Assembly: GCA_964427595.1 (NCBI GenBank)
Contig: CAYRUQ010000005.1
Coordinates: 1 to 59,267 of the forward strand
From: an uncultured Clostridiaceae bacterium
GTDB lineage: Bacteria; Bacillota_I; Bacilli_A; RFN20; CAG-288
DNA: 59,267 nt
Reading direction: 5' to 3'
Under the pieces are notes generated by a model. That model searched no databases and had not been told where the DNA came from. It was given only the letters and a program-made list of their open reading frames with translations. Of the stretch, positions 1-11,004 are shown piece by piece. Positions within the stretch are counted from its first letter, which is position 1, and the number at the start of each line of letters is the position of its first letter. The position numbers were made by a program, and so were the translations under genes.

Positions 1-96
1 CCTTTTTATCTGTTCATTCTAGAGTCTTATTAAGAACTATTAACATAATGTTGAGCTGTCAATTTATTGACAGCTGTTTTTAGTTTTAATAATAAA

Positions 97-123
97 TTAG
101 CAATCTTGACTTGAATTTGCTAA
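97..123 (+). promoter_or_regulatory. CIRCE element 1 (HrcA operator), overlapping the -35 box
   Basis: TTAGCAATC-N9-ATTTGCTAA vs consensus TTAGCACTC-N9-GAGTGCTAA, directly upstream of hrcA. Confidence 0.8.
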
Positions 124-138
124 ACTCATCACTATAAT
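111..138 (+). promoter_or_regulatory. sigma-A promoter of the hrcA-dnaK operon
   Basis: TTGAAT (111-116), 16-nt spacer, TATAAT (133-138). Confidence 0.7.
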
Positions 139-143
139 TATCT

Positions 144-170
144 GTGGCACTTGATAAAAAAGAGTGCTAA
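144..170 (+). promoter_or_regulatory. CIRCE element 2
   Basis: GTGGCACTT-N9-GAGTGCTAA; right arm is a perfect consensus; lies between the -10 and the RBS GAGGTG (175-180). Confidence 0.85.
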
Positions 171-184
171 CTGTGAGGTGCGAA

Positions 185-1312
185 ATGGAATTAACCCGCA
201 AGGATCAAGTCCTGAAAGGTATCGTTGAAGAGTTTGTCAAAACCGCTGCTCCAGTCGGTTCTAAAACCCTCTTGGAAAAATATGATTTGAATTGCTCTTC
301 GGCGACGATCAGAAACACCATGGTCGCTCTTGAAAAAGAAGGATTGATTGAGAAGACTCATGTCTCCTCAGGGAGAGTCCCTTCTGCTAAAGGATATCAA
401 TATTACCTTAATTATTTAGATGAGAGCTCGATGATGAACAACATCGACATGGAGTTTCAAAGAGAGTTCAAACAGATATTTGATTCTAAAACACGCTCAG
501 TTGAAGAAGTTCTCTCTAAATCCTGCGAGATGCTCTCTGAGTTGACTAACACCGCTACGATGGTCTTAGGACCGAAAGCAGAAGAAGAACATCTGGTCTC
601 TATTCAACTCTTGAAACTTGCTGAAAACACCTGCATGGGTATCTTCATCACCGACTCGGGTTACATTGAAAAACAGACCTTCGTTCTTCCTAAAAATAGT
701 TCCTTCACCTTCGAAGTTGCTTGCTCAGCTGTCAAAGTCCTCGATCAGAGATTAAACGGAACTAAGATATCGGAACTGAGAGGGAAGATGGATTCACTCG
801 CTCCTCTTCTGACTAAGAGCTTTGGTTCCTCAGGCGAGTTCTTACTTAAAACACTCCTTGAAGCGTTGATCGGCTTCGCTAGAAAGAGATTCGTCGTTTA
901 TGGAAAGAAGAACCTTCTCGCACTTCCAGAATTCTCAGATGATTCACAAGCCTTCCTCAATGCTATCGACGCTTTAGAAGATCCGACCAGCATCGAACAT
1001 GACATCTCTCATAACGATGACTTAGGTTCAGTCAAAGTCGGCTTCACCAACGGACAGCATGGTGATCTAGCTATCATCAAAAAGCCGATTAATGGTAGAG
1101 ATGAAATCGCTGTCGTCGGGCCTAAGAGAATGGACTACAAGAAGATTCTCTCAGCTCTAGAATATGTCGTCTTCATGATCAATCGTTACTTCGCTGATGA
1201 TGCTTCTACCTCCGCTTTAGTTCCCATCTCAGAACCGACGGAGATCAAACAACCTAAGAACAACAAGAAGTCGACTAAATCCAAAGGTCGAGGAAAGGAG
1301 GTAAGCAAATGA
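185..1312 (+). CDS. hrcA: Heat-inducible transcription repressor HrcA
   Basis: wHTH with PVGSKTL...SSATIRNTM...HVSSGRVPS and C-terminal VVGPKRMDY; start moved to ATG 185 behind RBS GAGGTG (the GTG at 164 lies inside the CIRCE). Confidence 0.97.
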   Translation: MELTRKDQVLKGIVEEFVKTAAPVGSKTLLEKYDLNCSSATIRNTMVALEKEGLIEKTHVSSGRVPSAKGYQYYLNYLDESSMMNNIDMEFQREFKQIFDSKTRSVEEVLSKSCEMLSELTNTATMVLGPKAEEEHLVSIQLLKLAENTCMGIFITDSGYIEKQTFVLPKNSSFTFEVACSAVKVLDQRLNGTKISELRGKMDSLAPLLTKSFGSSGEFLLKTLLEALIGFARKRFVVYGKKNLLALPEFSDDSQAFLNAIDALEDPTSIEHDISHNDDLGSVKVGFTNGQHGDLAIIKKPINGRDEIAVVGPKRMDYKKILSALEYVVFMINRYFADDASTSALVPISEPTEIKQPKNNKKSTKSKGRGKEVSK

Positions 1313-1998
1313 GTCACGATAAAGAAAAAAAAGAAACCTCTCTGGATGAAACAAACACCAAAAAAGACGAGAAAGAAAAAGTCAATAAAGAGGTTGAGAA
1401 GTTAAAAGCTAAATTAGAAAAAGTTCTCGCTGAAAAAGATGAGCTGATGGATAAAGCTAAGGAGTGGGAAAACAAATACTACACTGCTTATGCGGATATG
1501 GCTAATACCAGAAAAGCTGTCAATAAAGAAAACGAAGAATTCAAGAAATACGCCATCTCCTCAGTCATCCAAGAGATCATCCCTGTTCTTGATAGCTTCG
1601 ATATGGCTCTGAAGAATGAACCGACTGATGAAAAGGTTAAAAATTATGTCGCCGGCTTCAAGATGATTCATTCAAAACTACTCAATTCTCTCAAACAATT
1701 AGGTGTTATCATCATTGATCCAAAAGTCGGTGACCCTTACGATCCCCACTCGATGGAAGCTTTCTCTACTATCGAAGGAGAGGAAGATAACTTGATAGCT
1801 GATATCTACACCAAAGGTTACAAATTATACGATCACCTCTTAAGACCTTCTGGTGTCATCATCACCACTAAGAGACAAGAGGTTCAAGAAGAAAAAGTAG
1901 AAGAAGAAGAAGAAAAGAAAGAAAATTCTGACACAGAAATAGAACAAACAGAAGAAAGTCAAAACACTTCAGAAACTGAAAATAAGGAGGAAAAGTGA
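1309..1998 (+). CDS. grpE: Nucleotide exchange factor GrpE
   Basis: Coiled coil, [29 protein letters not shown]; ATGA overlap with hrcA. Confidence 0.97.
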   Translation: MSHDKEKKETSLDETNTKKDEKEKVNKEVEKLKAKLEKVLAEKDELMDKAKEWENKYYTAYADMANTRKAVNKENEEFKKYAISSVIQEIIPVLDSFDMALKNEPTDEKVKNYVAGFKMIHSKLLNSLKQLGVIIIDPKVGDPYDPHSMEAFSTIEGEEDNLIADIYTKGYKLYDHLLRPSGVIITTKRQEVQEEKVEEEEEKKENSDTEIEQTEESQNTSETENKEEK

Positions 1999-2000
1999 TT

Positions 2001-3878
2001 ATGGCTAAAGAAGTAATTCTCGGTATCGACTTAGGAACGACTAACTCTGTCGTCTCCTATATGCAAGAAGATAAAACAGTTAAGGTTATCCCTTCACCTG
2101 AAGGAACTAACACCTGCCCTTCCGTCGTCTCGTTCAAAGCAGATGGTGAAGAGATCGTCGGTAATGCTGCTAAGCGTATGCTTTTGACTAACCAAGACAC
2201 CATCTATTCCATCAAGAGAAAGATGGGTACTAGAGAGACAGTTAATGTCAAGTGCCTCAATAAGAATTTCTCACCTGAAGAGATCTCCGCTAAGATCTTA
2301 AGCTACATCAAGAGCTATGCTGAAAAGTACATCGGTTATCCGGTCAAGAAAGCTGTCATCACCTGTCCTGCTTACTTCAACGATGATCAAAGAAGTGCTA
2401 CTAAAAACGCTGGTACTATCGCTGGCTTAGATGTCGTCAGAGTCATCTCTGAACCTACCGCTGCTGCTTTAGCTTATGGTATGGATTCTAAGAAGTCTGG
2501 TAAGATCATGGTCTTCGATTTAGGTGGTGGTACTTTAGATGTCTCCATCCTTGAAATCGGTGATGGAACTTTCGAAGTTTTATCCACTTCCGGTGATACC
2601 CACTTAGGTGGTGATGACTGGGATAAACACATCATCGATTGGTTAATCCATGAAATCAAGAATCAATGCAATATCATCATCGATGAAAAGAACCCCAAAG
2701 ATAGACCTACTCTCCAAAGATTAAGAGATGAAGCTGAAAAAGCTAAGATCAACCTCTCCTCTCAGAGTGAAACTATCATCTCTCTTCCTTACATCGGCTT
2801 CCAAGATGGAGCTCCTGTCAACTTTGAGACCACTTTAAGAAGAGCTGACTTTGAAAAGATCACCGCTGATTTGATCGATCGTTGCCGTTCACCTTTCGAG
2901 AAAGCTTTAGCTGATGCTAAGCTTTCTGTCAGCGACTTAGATGACATCATCTTAGTCGGTGGTTCTACCAGAATGCCTCAGGTCGTCGATTTCGTCACTA
3001 GACTCAACAATGGTAAGAAACCTAATCAGTCCATCAACCCTGATGAAGCTGTCTCTGTCGGCGCTGCTATTCAAGGTGGTGTCATCAGAGGTGACATCAA
3101 CGATGTCGTCTTACTCGATGTCACTCCTTTGACTTTAGGTATTGAGACCTTAGGTGGTGTCATGACTCCTTTAATCCCTAGAAACACCACGATTCCTACC
3201 ACTAGACAACAGATCTTCTCCACAGCTGAAGACAATCAACCTGGCGTTGAGATTCAAGTCTATCAGGGTGAGAGACCGATGGCTAACGACAACAAATTCT
3301 TAGGTCGTTTCAAACTCGATGGTATCCGTCCTGCTAGACGTGGTGAGCCGAGAATTCAGGTCACCTTCTCTATCGATGTCAATGGTATCGTCTCCGTCTC
3401 TGCTAAGGATTTAGATTCCAACAGAGAACAACACATCACCATCTCTAACTCCGCTGGTCTTTCTAAAGAAGAGATCGATAGAATGGTCAAAGAAGCTGAA
3501 GCTAATAAAGAAGCTGACGATAAGAGAAAAGATGAAGCTGATACTAGAAATGAAGCTGATCAACTCATCAACACGATCGATAGACAGCTTGATGATAAAG
3601 AACATCCTGTCGATGATAAGACTAAAGAAGCGGCTTTGAAGATCAGAAATGAGATCAAAGACCTCTTAGACAAGAATGATATCCCTGCTGTCAAAGCTAA
3701 GTTAGCTGAATTACAACAAGCTGCTAACCAGGTTTATCAAGCTTCCGCTCAAGCCCAGGCTAACAACTCCACTGAAACTGCTGGAAGTACTCAAAATACT
3801 GAAACTGATCCTAATGTCGTCGATGCCACTTTTACCGAAAAGAATGACGATGAGGGAAACAATTCTTCTAACAACTGA
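2001..3878 (+). CDS. dnaK: Chaperone DnaK
   Basis: [39 protein letters not shown]; RBS AAGGAGG at 1984-1990. Confidence 0.99.
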   Translation: MAKEVILGIDLGTTNSVVSYMQEDKTVKVIPSPEGTNTCPSVVSFKADGEEIVGNAAKRMLLTNQDTIYSIKRKMGTRETVNVKCLNKNFSPEEISAKILSYIKSYAEKYIGYPVKKAVITCPAYFNDDQRSATKNAGTIAGLDVVRVISEPTAAALAYGMDSKKSGKIMVFDLGGGTLDVSILEIGDGTFEVLSTSGDTHLGGDDWDKHIIDWLIHEIKNQCNIIIDEKNPKDRPTLQRLRDEAEKAKINLSSQSETIISLPYIGFQDGAPVNFETTLRRADFEKITADLIDRCRSPFEKALADAKLSVSDLDDIILVGGSTRMPQVVDFVTRLNNGKKPNQSINPDEAVSVGAAIQGGVIRGDINDVVLLDVTPLTLGIETLGGVMTPLIPRNTTIPTTRQQIFSTAEDNQPGVEIQVYQGERPMANDNKFLGRFKLDGIRPARRGEPRIQVTFSIDVNGIVSVSAKDLDSNREQHITISNSAGLSKEEIDRMVKEAEANKEADDKRKDEADTRNEADQLINTIDRQLDDKEHPVDDKTKEAALKIRNEIKDLLDKNDIPAVKAKLAELQQAANQVYQASAQAQANNSTETAGSTQNTETDPNVVDATFTEKNDDEGNNSSNN

Positions 3879-3886
3879 TAACAACT

Positions 3887-3913
3887 GCCCGAATTTGCTT
3901 TCGGGCTTTCTCT
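3887..3913 (+). terminator. Hairpin between dnaK and dnaJ (attenuating terminator or mRNA stabiliser)
   Basis: GCCCGAA-tttgct-TTCGGGC followed by TTTCTCT. Confidence 0.55.
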
Positions 3914-3927
3914 TATAAAGGAGGCAG

Positions 3928-5079
3928 ATGATGGCAGATAACAAAGACTATTATGCGATACTAGGCGTAGATAAGAACGCCACTCAAGATGAGATCAAAA
4001 GCGCCTACCGCAAACTGGCTAAACAATACCATCCAGATCTGAATCATTCGCCTGACGCTGCTGATAAGTTCAAAGAGATCACCGAAGCCTATGAGATTCT
4101 CTCTGATCCGCAAAAGAGAGCTCAATACGATCAATTCGGAAGTGCTGCTTTCGATAATAACGGCATGAACGGATTCAACGCTGGTGGTTTCAATGCTAAT
4201 ATGAATGACTTTGGTGATCTAGGAGATATCTTCTCTCAGTTCTTTGGCGGAGGCGGTGGGTTCCAAAGAGGTCAAAGACGTGATAATGTCCCCAGAAAGG
4301 GTGCTAATCGCAAAGTCACGATTGAACTCTCCTTTGATGAAGCTGTCAAAGGCGCTAAGAAAGATATACATCTCAGTTTCATCGACACCTGTCCACATTG
4401 CCATGGAACTGGTGCTAAAAGCGCTAGCGATATCGAGACTTGTCCGACTTGTCATGGTCAAGGTAGAGTCAGAACTAGACAGAGAACTATATTTGGCATG
4501 ATGGAGCAAGAAAGCTATTGCCCTGATTGCGGAGGTAGTGGAAAAAGAGTCAGGACTAAGTGTCCTACTTGCCATGGTCAAGGTAGAGTTCAAACTTCTA
4601 AGACGATCACCGTCAATGTTCCGGCTGGTGTAGATAATGGTAACACCATGAAGATCGATGGTTATGGAGATGGTGGTGTCAATGGTGGGCCTAAAGGAGA
4701 TTTGATCATCCAATTCCAAGTCGCACCTAGCTCTAAATTCACCAGAAAAGGAAATGATATCTATATCTCTGCTCCTATCGCTTTCACTGATGCGCTTCTA
4801 GGAGCTACTATCACTATTCCGACTGTCTATGGTGAAGCCGACTTAGTCATCCCACCTTGCACAGAAGCTAATACGATCTTGAAGATGGCTGGTCAAGGTG
4901 TTAAAAATGCCACTACTAACAAGACTGGTGATGAGTATGTAACTATCAATGTCAAGTTCCCGAAGAATCTCAATAAAGAACAAAAAGAGTTGATTCAGAA
5001 GGTAGCGGATATCGAAGAAGGCAAACAATCTGGAGTCTTCAGTTGGTTAAAACATAAATTAGCTGGAGAAAAGAAGTGA
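3928..5079 (+). CDS. dnaJ: Chaperone DnaJ
   Basis: J domain with HPD, G/F region, four CxxCxGxG repeats; start ATG 3928 or 3931. Confidence 0.99.
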   Translation: MMADNKDYYAILGVDKNATQDEIKSAYRKLAKQYHPDLNHSPDAADKFKEITEAYEILSDPQKRAQYDQFGSAAFDNNGMNGFNAGGFNANMNDFGDLGDIFSQFFGGGGGFQRGQRRDNVPRKGANRKVTIELSFDEAVKGAKKDIHLSFIDTCPHCHGTGAKSASDIETCPTCHGQGRVRTRQRTIFGMMEQESYCPDCGGSGKRVRTKCPTCHGQGRVQTSKTITVNVPAGVDNGNTMKIDGYGDGGVNGGPKGDLIIQFQVAPSSKFTRKGNDIYISAPIAFTDALLGATITIPTVYGEADLVIPPCTEANTILKMAGQGVKNATTNKTGDEYVTINVKFPKNLNKEQKELIQKVADIEEGKQSGVFSWLKHKLAGEKK

Positions 5080-5082
5080 TTT

Positions 5083-5105
5083 AAGGAGGGTTTTCCCTCC
5101 TTTTT
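5083..5105 (+). terminator. Intrinsic terminator of the dnaK operon
   Basis: AAGGAGGG-tttt-CCCTCCTT then TTT. Confidence 0.8.
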
Positions 5106-5109
5106 CAAT

Positions 5110-5961
5110 ATGAAAAACATGGACAAAGAAGAAAGAAAAATCAATTTAGAAGGAACTATCAATACTCGTGATTTAGGCGGGTATTTAACTCTTGATAACA
5201 GAAGAGTTAAAAGAAGAATGTTCATTAGATCTGATAGTTTAGATCAGCTTTCTTTAAGTGATATTTCTGTCTTTGAAAGAGAGTATCATTTACGTTTTGA
5301 TGTCGATTTAAGAAGCCAAGGTGAGATTGATGAGAAGAAAGATAAAGAGATTCCAGGATGTCTTTTCATCCATGCTCCTATCACTAAAGAACTCTCTCCT
5401 ATCAAAAGAGGAAAAGAACAGGATTTAAATATAGCTGACCCTGCTTTAAAAGGAATCATAGGTTATATCTACTTTCTAGATGAGAATGGTGATATCTCTA
5501 AAGCGATGGAAAATGTCTACCTAGACTTTCTTCTCTCTTCTTGTGGAAGAGAAAACTATTCTCTTCTTTTTAAGACGATGCTGAAATTAAAAGATGGTGA
5601 ATCTCTTCTTTTCCATTGCAAAGACGGCAAGGATAGAACTGGAGTAGCTGCTGCTTTGTTTTTAAGCATTTTAAATGTTCCTGAAAAAGTCGTTATAGAA
5701 GATTATCTACTCACTAATAAGATGGTGGAAAAGAAAGCTAAAGCTCGTGAACAAGTATTAAGAGATGTTTATCTGATCAAGGATGAAGTATTGATTAATA
5801 GTGCTGTCTCTATCACTGGTGTAAGACCAAACTGGATAGAAGCCACTTTAAATAAGATCAAAGAAGACTATGGTGATGTCGAGAATTACTTCTTAAAAGG
5901 ATTAAATTTCACCAAAGAAGAGATCACTAAATTACGAGATATTGCGCTAGAGTCAACTTAG
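5110..5961 (+). CDS. Tyrosine-protein/phosphoinositide phosphatase (Y_phosphatase3, MptpB/LipA-like)
   Basis: NTRDLGGY, FIRSDSL, VDLRS, P-loop FHCKDGKDRTG, DYLLTN. Confidence 0.88.
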   Translation: MKNMDKEERKINLEGTINTRDLGGYLTLDNRRVKRRMFIRSDSLDQLSLSDISVFEREYHLRFDVDLRSQGEIDEKKDKEIPGCLFIHAPITKELSPIKRGKEQDLNIADPALKGIIGYIYFLDENGDISKAMENVYLDFLLSSCGRENYSLLFKTMLKLKDGESLLFHCKDGKDRTGVAAALFLSILNVPEKVVIEDYLLTNKMVEKKAKAREQVLRDVYLIKDEVLINSAVSITGVRPNWIEATLNKIKEDYGDVENYFLKGLNFTKEEITKLRDIALEST

Positions 5962-5973
5962 AGCTAACTGAAA

Positions 5974-7313
5974 TCAGCTTTCACTATCAGGGATAGTCAC
6001 GATGATGGTGAAGATATCATTGTTGATGATGATCTGACTATTACCTTGATAATAAGAAGCGATATGTTTGATGCTTTTTATTCCTAAACCATGACTTTCT
6101 TTATCGGCTTTGCTAGTCATGAACTCCTCATCTTCTTTAGGGATTTCACCTTGGAAATAGTTGTCACATCTGAATATTGATAAAGAATTTTTATAAGAGA
6201 TCTCCGCAGAGATGACTCTTTTCTCTTTGTCTTGTATTTTTAATACTGCTTCAATCGCATTATCTAAAACATTACCAATTAACGCATAAAGATAAGTGTT
6301 TGATACCGACTTAAACGCCTCAGGATTGACGATAGTGGAGAGACGAATATCGTGTTTCTTGCAGTAATACCATTTCTCTTGCAAGACGATGTTTAAAACC
6401 TGATTATCAGTAACTATCAAATCATCATAGATTTTGATGTCATCTTCGAGCTGTTTTAAAAGCTCATCGGCATCCTTTCCACCCTCTCTTAGTATTCTGA
6501 CTTGATGCTTGAGATCATGAACTCTGATCTTCAGTTCATCTGAGCTAGCTTTAGCATACTTATACTGCCATTCTTGTTGTTTAAGCATCTTAGCAGAGAT
6601 GTAGTTTTCAACCTTCAAGTCGTTTGATCTCTTCACGAAAGCATCAAATGCGAAGATCAAAACTAAGGTGATGAGCTCACAAATCATAACTAAAATGTAA
6701 AAAAGTTTGTCTTCTTGAGAGAAGAATTCAGAGATTGAATTGATGATTATCGTTGCTAAAACGACTATGATGTAGAAAATCAGCAGCGGAATATCAAGGA
6801 TATTCTCATAAAGTTTGAATATCTTTCTAAAAATCAAAACGAATGAGGTTCCATAAATCAGAAAGTAAATAGCGATGTAGATAAGGCAGTTTTGCCACGT
6901 TCCATAACGATAATCTAAGAAATTAAGTTCAGGATTGATGCTTTCAATGAGAATGATATATAAACAGAAGGCGATCTGTCTTAAGGCAAAGCTTTTGGTG
7001 AAGTCAGAAAAGAGCTCGTAGATGCTTCCTTTAAGAAGAAAAACACATAGTAAAACCGATAATGAAAAAAGGCAGATATATCCAAAAATGGACAAAAGAA
7101 CACCTAAAGTTGTGTAATTGTTATTTCCAGATAAAACAAAGCTATTTAAATAAGATAACCCGGTTATTACTACTAAAGAGAAGACAGCTGCACATAGAAG
7201 TCTTATCGGTAGATATTGTCTCTTTTTTGCTTGATGAAAAGAGGAAGTAATGCGGCAAGTGTCTCTATGACTATAAGAGAGTAACGTAAGGCTACAAAAG
7301 AGACTAAGTTCAT
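5974..7313 (-). pseudogene. GHKL sensor histidine kinase (AgrC/VirS-like, partner of LytTR), frameshifted at an A6 run after codon 29
   Basis: H-box VHDLKHQ, N-box GNVLDNAIEA, HGLGIKSI, multiple TMs. The coupled start ATG 7313 (ATGA overlap with the regulator stop, SD GGGAG) opens MNLVSFVALRYSLIVIETLAALLPLFIKQK, which stops at 7203; one extra A at 7223-7228 would join it to the long frame. Confidence 0.8.
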
Positions 7314-8020
7314 GAGCTTCTCCCAGCATATGCACCTAGTGCTTGAAGGAAACTATCTCGGTAGTTTTTAGTTAAAGGGATAGAGATATCACCTAGTTCA
7401 ACTTCTTGTCTTCTAACTTTAGTTACATGTCGAAGATTAATCAAAAATGAGTTGCCACTTTTTGCAAAGGAAGAAGAGACGGAAGAAGCGATATCCTTCA
7501 TAGTTTCCCTAGTGATAAAAACATTATCTAGGGTATGAATATGAAGATAATGTTTATTTATTTCAAAATAGAGAATCTCTTTTTCTTTCAATCGAACTAA
7601 TCCATCTTTGATCTTAAAAGAAAGTTCTTTTGTCTGTTGAGAATCAATGTGCTTTAACGCCTTTTTCAGCTTTAAAGAAAAGTCAAAATAAGAGAGGGGT
7701 TTAAGAATATAATCGATGGCATCAACATCATAAGAATCAACTGCGAATTGAGCAGTTTTAGTGATGAATATAACTGCGACGTTCTCCGCTTTCTTTCTTA
7801 TCTCTTTAGCGACATCAAGCCCGTTTTTATCACCGGGAAGAATGATGTCTAATAACAGAAGATCTAAAGTAGAGAAATTCAATGATAAAAAATCATCACC
7901 TTTATCAAAAGTGACGACTTCAAACTCAAGGTCGTTTTCTTTGAAAAAACGATTCAACATCAGTAAAGTGATCTCTTTTTCACTTTGTTCATCTTCTAAA
8001 AGAGCGATTCTATATTTCAT
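7310..8020 (-). CDS. LytTR-family response regulator
   Basis: REC domain (LLEDE, LLLDI, DYILKP) plus LytTR domain (ILYFE, NSFLINLRHV). Confidence 0.93.
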   Translation of the reverse strand: MKYRIALLEDEQSEKEITLLMLNRFFKENDLEFEVVTFDKGDDFLSLNFSTLDLLLLDIILPGDKNGLDVAKEIRKKAENVAVIFITKTAQFAVDSYDVDAIDYILKPLSYFDFSLKLKKALKHIDSQQTKELSFKIKDGLVRLKEKEILYFEINKHYLHIHTLDNVFITRETMKDIASSVSSSFAKSGNSFLINLRHVTKVRRQEVELGDISIPLTKNYRDSFLQALGAYAGRSS

Positions 8021-8077
8021 TTTCTTATCTTCTCGCTTTTTTTATTTTAACAATATGAACTATCTGCTTCTAGGTAG

Positions 8078-8116
8078 AAAAAAGAGCTCGGGAGAGGAGG
8101 CCTTCTCGAGCTCTTT
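8078..8116 (-). terminator. Intrinsic terminator after GH3-A
   Basis: Minus strand AAAGAGCTCGAGAAGG...CCCGAGCTCTTTTTT. Confidence 0.8.
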
Positions 8117-8122
8117 GGAAAA

Positions 8123-10984
8123 TCATTCTTCGGACGCTTTAGAACCTTCTAATTCCGCTTCCTGAGGTCTTCTCTTGTTGATTATGTAGATCGTCCAGCA
8201 ATAACCAATAGCTAAAACGCTGAAGATGATGACGACACAGTCGACAGCTGTCAAGATTCCTCTCCAAGGAAGTGTCCAAGTTTCACTCTTGATGATCTCC
8301 CCGGTATCATCGAGTTGATAACTCTCATCGACAGCCCAAGAATTGACGATTGAGTAAAGGATGTTTTTCGCAGCTCTATGGATGTAGTAGAGAACTGTTT
8401 CATCATCACTGTAGTCACTTAAAGACCAGTAGGATGAATTAGTGTTAAGCCAGATATCAGTTCCAGCCCAGAGACCGGAGATTATATCTTGATAGAACAT
8501 CGCAGAGACCGAAGCTTGGTCGGTGATGACCATACCTTCAAAGCCCCACTCATTTCTCAAAAGCTCAGTCATGGCTCCTTTATGAGCACCGACCCATCTA
8601 GTTCCGATGCGGTTCATCGCCGCCATAGCAGCATTTGAACCACCATCGACAGCACCTTCAAAGCCTTTGGAGTAAATCTCTCTGATAGATTGTTCGTTAG
8701 CGAAGATAGCACCACCATATCTGTTGGTTTCTTGATCGTTTAAGAAGAAGTGTTTGACATAAGTGATGACACCTTTGGAACGAAGTCCTTCCACCTCATT
8801 TTTGCACATTTCGTAAGAGAGGAAAGGGTCTTCAGAGAAGTATTCGAAGTTACGACCGGAGAAAGGAGAACGATGGATGTTAGCACCAGGTCCGTATAAA
8901 CCAGCGACACCAGCTTTGATCGAGTCAGAACCGAAGAGAACACCTAAGTCATTGATCATCTCAGTGTTCCAAGTAGAAGCCATGACGACTTCGGCCGGCC
9001 AAGCCATCGTGCTAGAACCACCGACTAAAGTAGCTGAGATACCACTAGGTCCATCTTTATCTTGTGTAGCCGGAAGCTCGATTCTATCGATCTGGACAGT
9101 GGAGTAACCACCAAGACGGATAAGACGAGTCATCTGACTATAAGAGAGTTGATTGACGATATCATCCCATCTCTCGTCATCATAATCAGCGCCGATCAAA
9201 TCGGTGACAACATAAGAAGTATCTGTACTGTTTTGAACAAAAGTGAAGTTGGCGACATCTTCATCATCACTAGTATCTTCTTCGATGTCGTAAAACTCTA
9301 AATCACTCAGGACTTCAGAACTAGCTTCCCAACTTCCATCACTATAGGTAGTAGGATAAGTTCCGTTCCAATCGCTTCTTGATAGATATTGATATTCTTC
9401 ATCAGCATAATAATTGATATCGACATCCTCAAACTGATTAGTGATCTCATAACCAGTCTGTTCAGAAGTTGAATATGTTGTTGAATCGATTTCACTTTGT
9501 GTGAAAGCTAAAGATGCTAAGGAAGAATTACCGTCATAGTCCATACCGTCAGAAACATCATATCCTTTTAAAGCTAAGATGTTATTTAATGCATCATGGG
9601 CGTTTTTACCAGCAGAGAGATAATAATCACCTTGATTAAGAATATAAGTCTCATATGTCTCATAATCGTAAGAGGTCAAATCCCTCTTATCGACTGTGAT
9701 GGTGACATTCTGATAACTACCAGCATCAATCACATCAGTTTTAGCAAAACCAACAAGCTCAACCGAGGCAGTTTCAACTCCACCTTCAACATAGGGTTTT
9801 TGAGCATAGATCTCAACGACCTCTTTACCAGCGACATCACCGGTATTAGTGACTCTTAAAGAGATGACAAACTGATCATCTTCTTCAGAGACAGAGTAAT
9901 TAGACCAAGTAAAGTCAGTGTAAGAAAGACCATAACCGAAGGGGAATTGCACTTGAGTCGAGTAATCATAACCGGTGGTATTGCCTAAGACGACATCTTC
10001 ATATCTAGTTTCATAATAACGATATCCGACATAGATACCTTCACCATAAACCAGATACTTATTTCCTTTATCAACCGAACTGTTAGTGATGTCATAATCA
10101 CCAAGATTCTGACTAGAAGGTGCACTTAGTGCATCATAAGCAAAAGTATCAACAAGTCTTCCAGAAGGATTAGCATCCCCAGAGATGACATTTGCTAAAC
10201 CATAAAGACCTTCTTGACCGACACCACCGACCCATAAAGCTGCTTTGATGTTGGAATATTCTTCATCTTCTAGGAATCCGAGTTCAATCGGATTGTTAGT
10301 ATTGACAAGAAGGATGACTTTATCGAAATTATCGCAAGCGAGTTTTAAGAGAGCTTGTTCATCAGCATCAATCTCTAAATAGTTATATCCGCTCGCTAAA
10401 TCAGTAGTAGGAATATCAGCACTCTCTCCGCCACTTCTTCCGATAGAGACGATAGCAACATCATCGTCAGCTAAGGAATTGATGACATCAGTTGTATAGA
10501 CGCTTTGAGGAACTTCATTGACGGCGAACTCACCATCACCAGCACTATCAGGAGTCTCTTTTCGATAAGAGCTACCAGCACCGGTGTCATAGAAATCCCA
10601 CAATGTCTCATTAATCGTATAACCTTTGTCCTCTAAAGCGGTCTTTAAGGTAGGAGCGGTGGAAGTATCAACAGAGCCAGATCCACTACCACCATAAACA
10701 AAATCAACTGTGTTTTGACCAAGAAGAGCCAAATTGGTCTCTGTATCGCTTAAAGGAAGAGCTTCATCTTCATTTTTAAGGAGAACAACACCTTCTTCGA
10801 CAACATCCTCACAAAGAGCTAAAGAATCAACCGATGTCTCACCAGAGTTCTGAGTAAAGAAGACATCAATCAAGGATTCATATTGGTATGCTACTACCGT
10901 ACCGACAATCAAACCGACAGAGAGAATGCCGCCTATCACCGAAGTGGTGATAGCAGCTGATAGGGGCATCTTTCTTTTTTTCAT
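8123..10984 (-). CDS. GH3 beta-glucosidase family (GH3-A), permuted domain order, N- and C-terminal membrane anchors
   Basis: EGVVLLKNED, RSGGES, FPFGYGLSYT, Fn3-like GKEVVEIY, GRNFEYFSEDP, VKHFFLNDQE, nucleophile region VITDQ; hydrophobic helices at both ends. Confidence 0.93.
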   Translation of the reverse strand: MKKRKMPLSAAITTSVIGGILSVGLIVGTVVAYQYESLIDVFFTQNSGETSVDSLALCEDVVEEGVVLLKNEDEALPLSDTETNLALLGQNTVDFVYGGSGSGSVDTSTAPTLKTALEDKGYTINETLWDFYDTGAGSSYRKETPDSAGDGEFAVNEVPQSVYTTDVINSLADDDVAIVSIGRSGGESADIPTTDLASGYNYLEIDADEQALLKLACDNFDKVILLVNTNNPIELGFLEDEEYSNIKAALWVGGVGQEGLYGLANVISGDANPSGRLVDTFAYDALSAPSSQNLGDYDITNSSVDKGNKYLVYGEGIYVGYRYYETRYEDVVLGNTTGYDYSTQVQFPFGYGLSYTDFTWSNYSVSEEDDQFVISLRVTNTGDVAGKEVVEIYAQKPYVEGGVETASVELVGFAKTDVIDAGSYQNVTITVDKRDLTSYDYETYETYILNQGDYYLSAGKNAHDALNNILALKGYDVSDGMDYDGNSSLASLAFTQSEIDSTTYSTSEQTGYEITNQFEDVDINYYADEEYQYLSRSDWNGTYPTTYSDGSWEASSEVLSDLEFYDIEEDTSDDEDVANFTFVQNSTDTSYVVTDLIGADYDDERWDDIVNQLSYSQMTRLIRLGGYSTVQIDRIELPATQDKDGPSGISATLVGGSSTMAWPAEVVMASTWNTEMINDLGVLFGSDSIKAGVAGLYGPGANIHRSPFSGRNFEYFSEDPFLSYEMCKNEVEGLRSKGVITYVKHFFLNDQETNRYGGAIFANEQSIREIYSKGFEGAVDGGSNAAMAAMNRIGTRWVGAHKGAMTELLRNEWGFEGMVITDQASVSAMFYQDIISGLWAGTDIWLNTNSSYWSLSDYSDDETVLYYIHRAAKNILYSIVNSWAVDESYQLDDTGEIIKSETWTLPWRGILTAVDCVVIIFSVLAIGYCWTIYIINKRRPQEAELEGSKASEE

Positions 10985-11004
10985 TTTGATTACCTGCTTT
11001 TAAA

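Noticed and set aside
4441-4589. Near-identical DNA repeats in dnaJ
   Set aside because: They encode the normal CxxCxGxG zinc-finger repeats
2474-4719. Antisense ORFs over dnaK and dnaJ, and similar shadow ORFs across the window (e.g. 31204-31560, 38468-38851, 41936-42427)
   Set aside because: They overlap confident genes, lack RBSs and motifs, and are expected from strong codon bias
7221-7230. Classical A-AAA-AAG -1 programmed frameshift in the kinase
   Set aside because: The heptamer is phased in the destination frame, not the initiating frame (CAA AAA AGA), so it is not a canonical tandem-slip site
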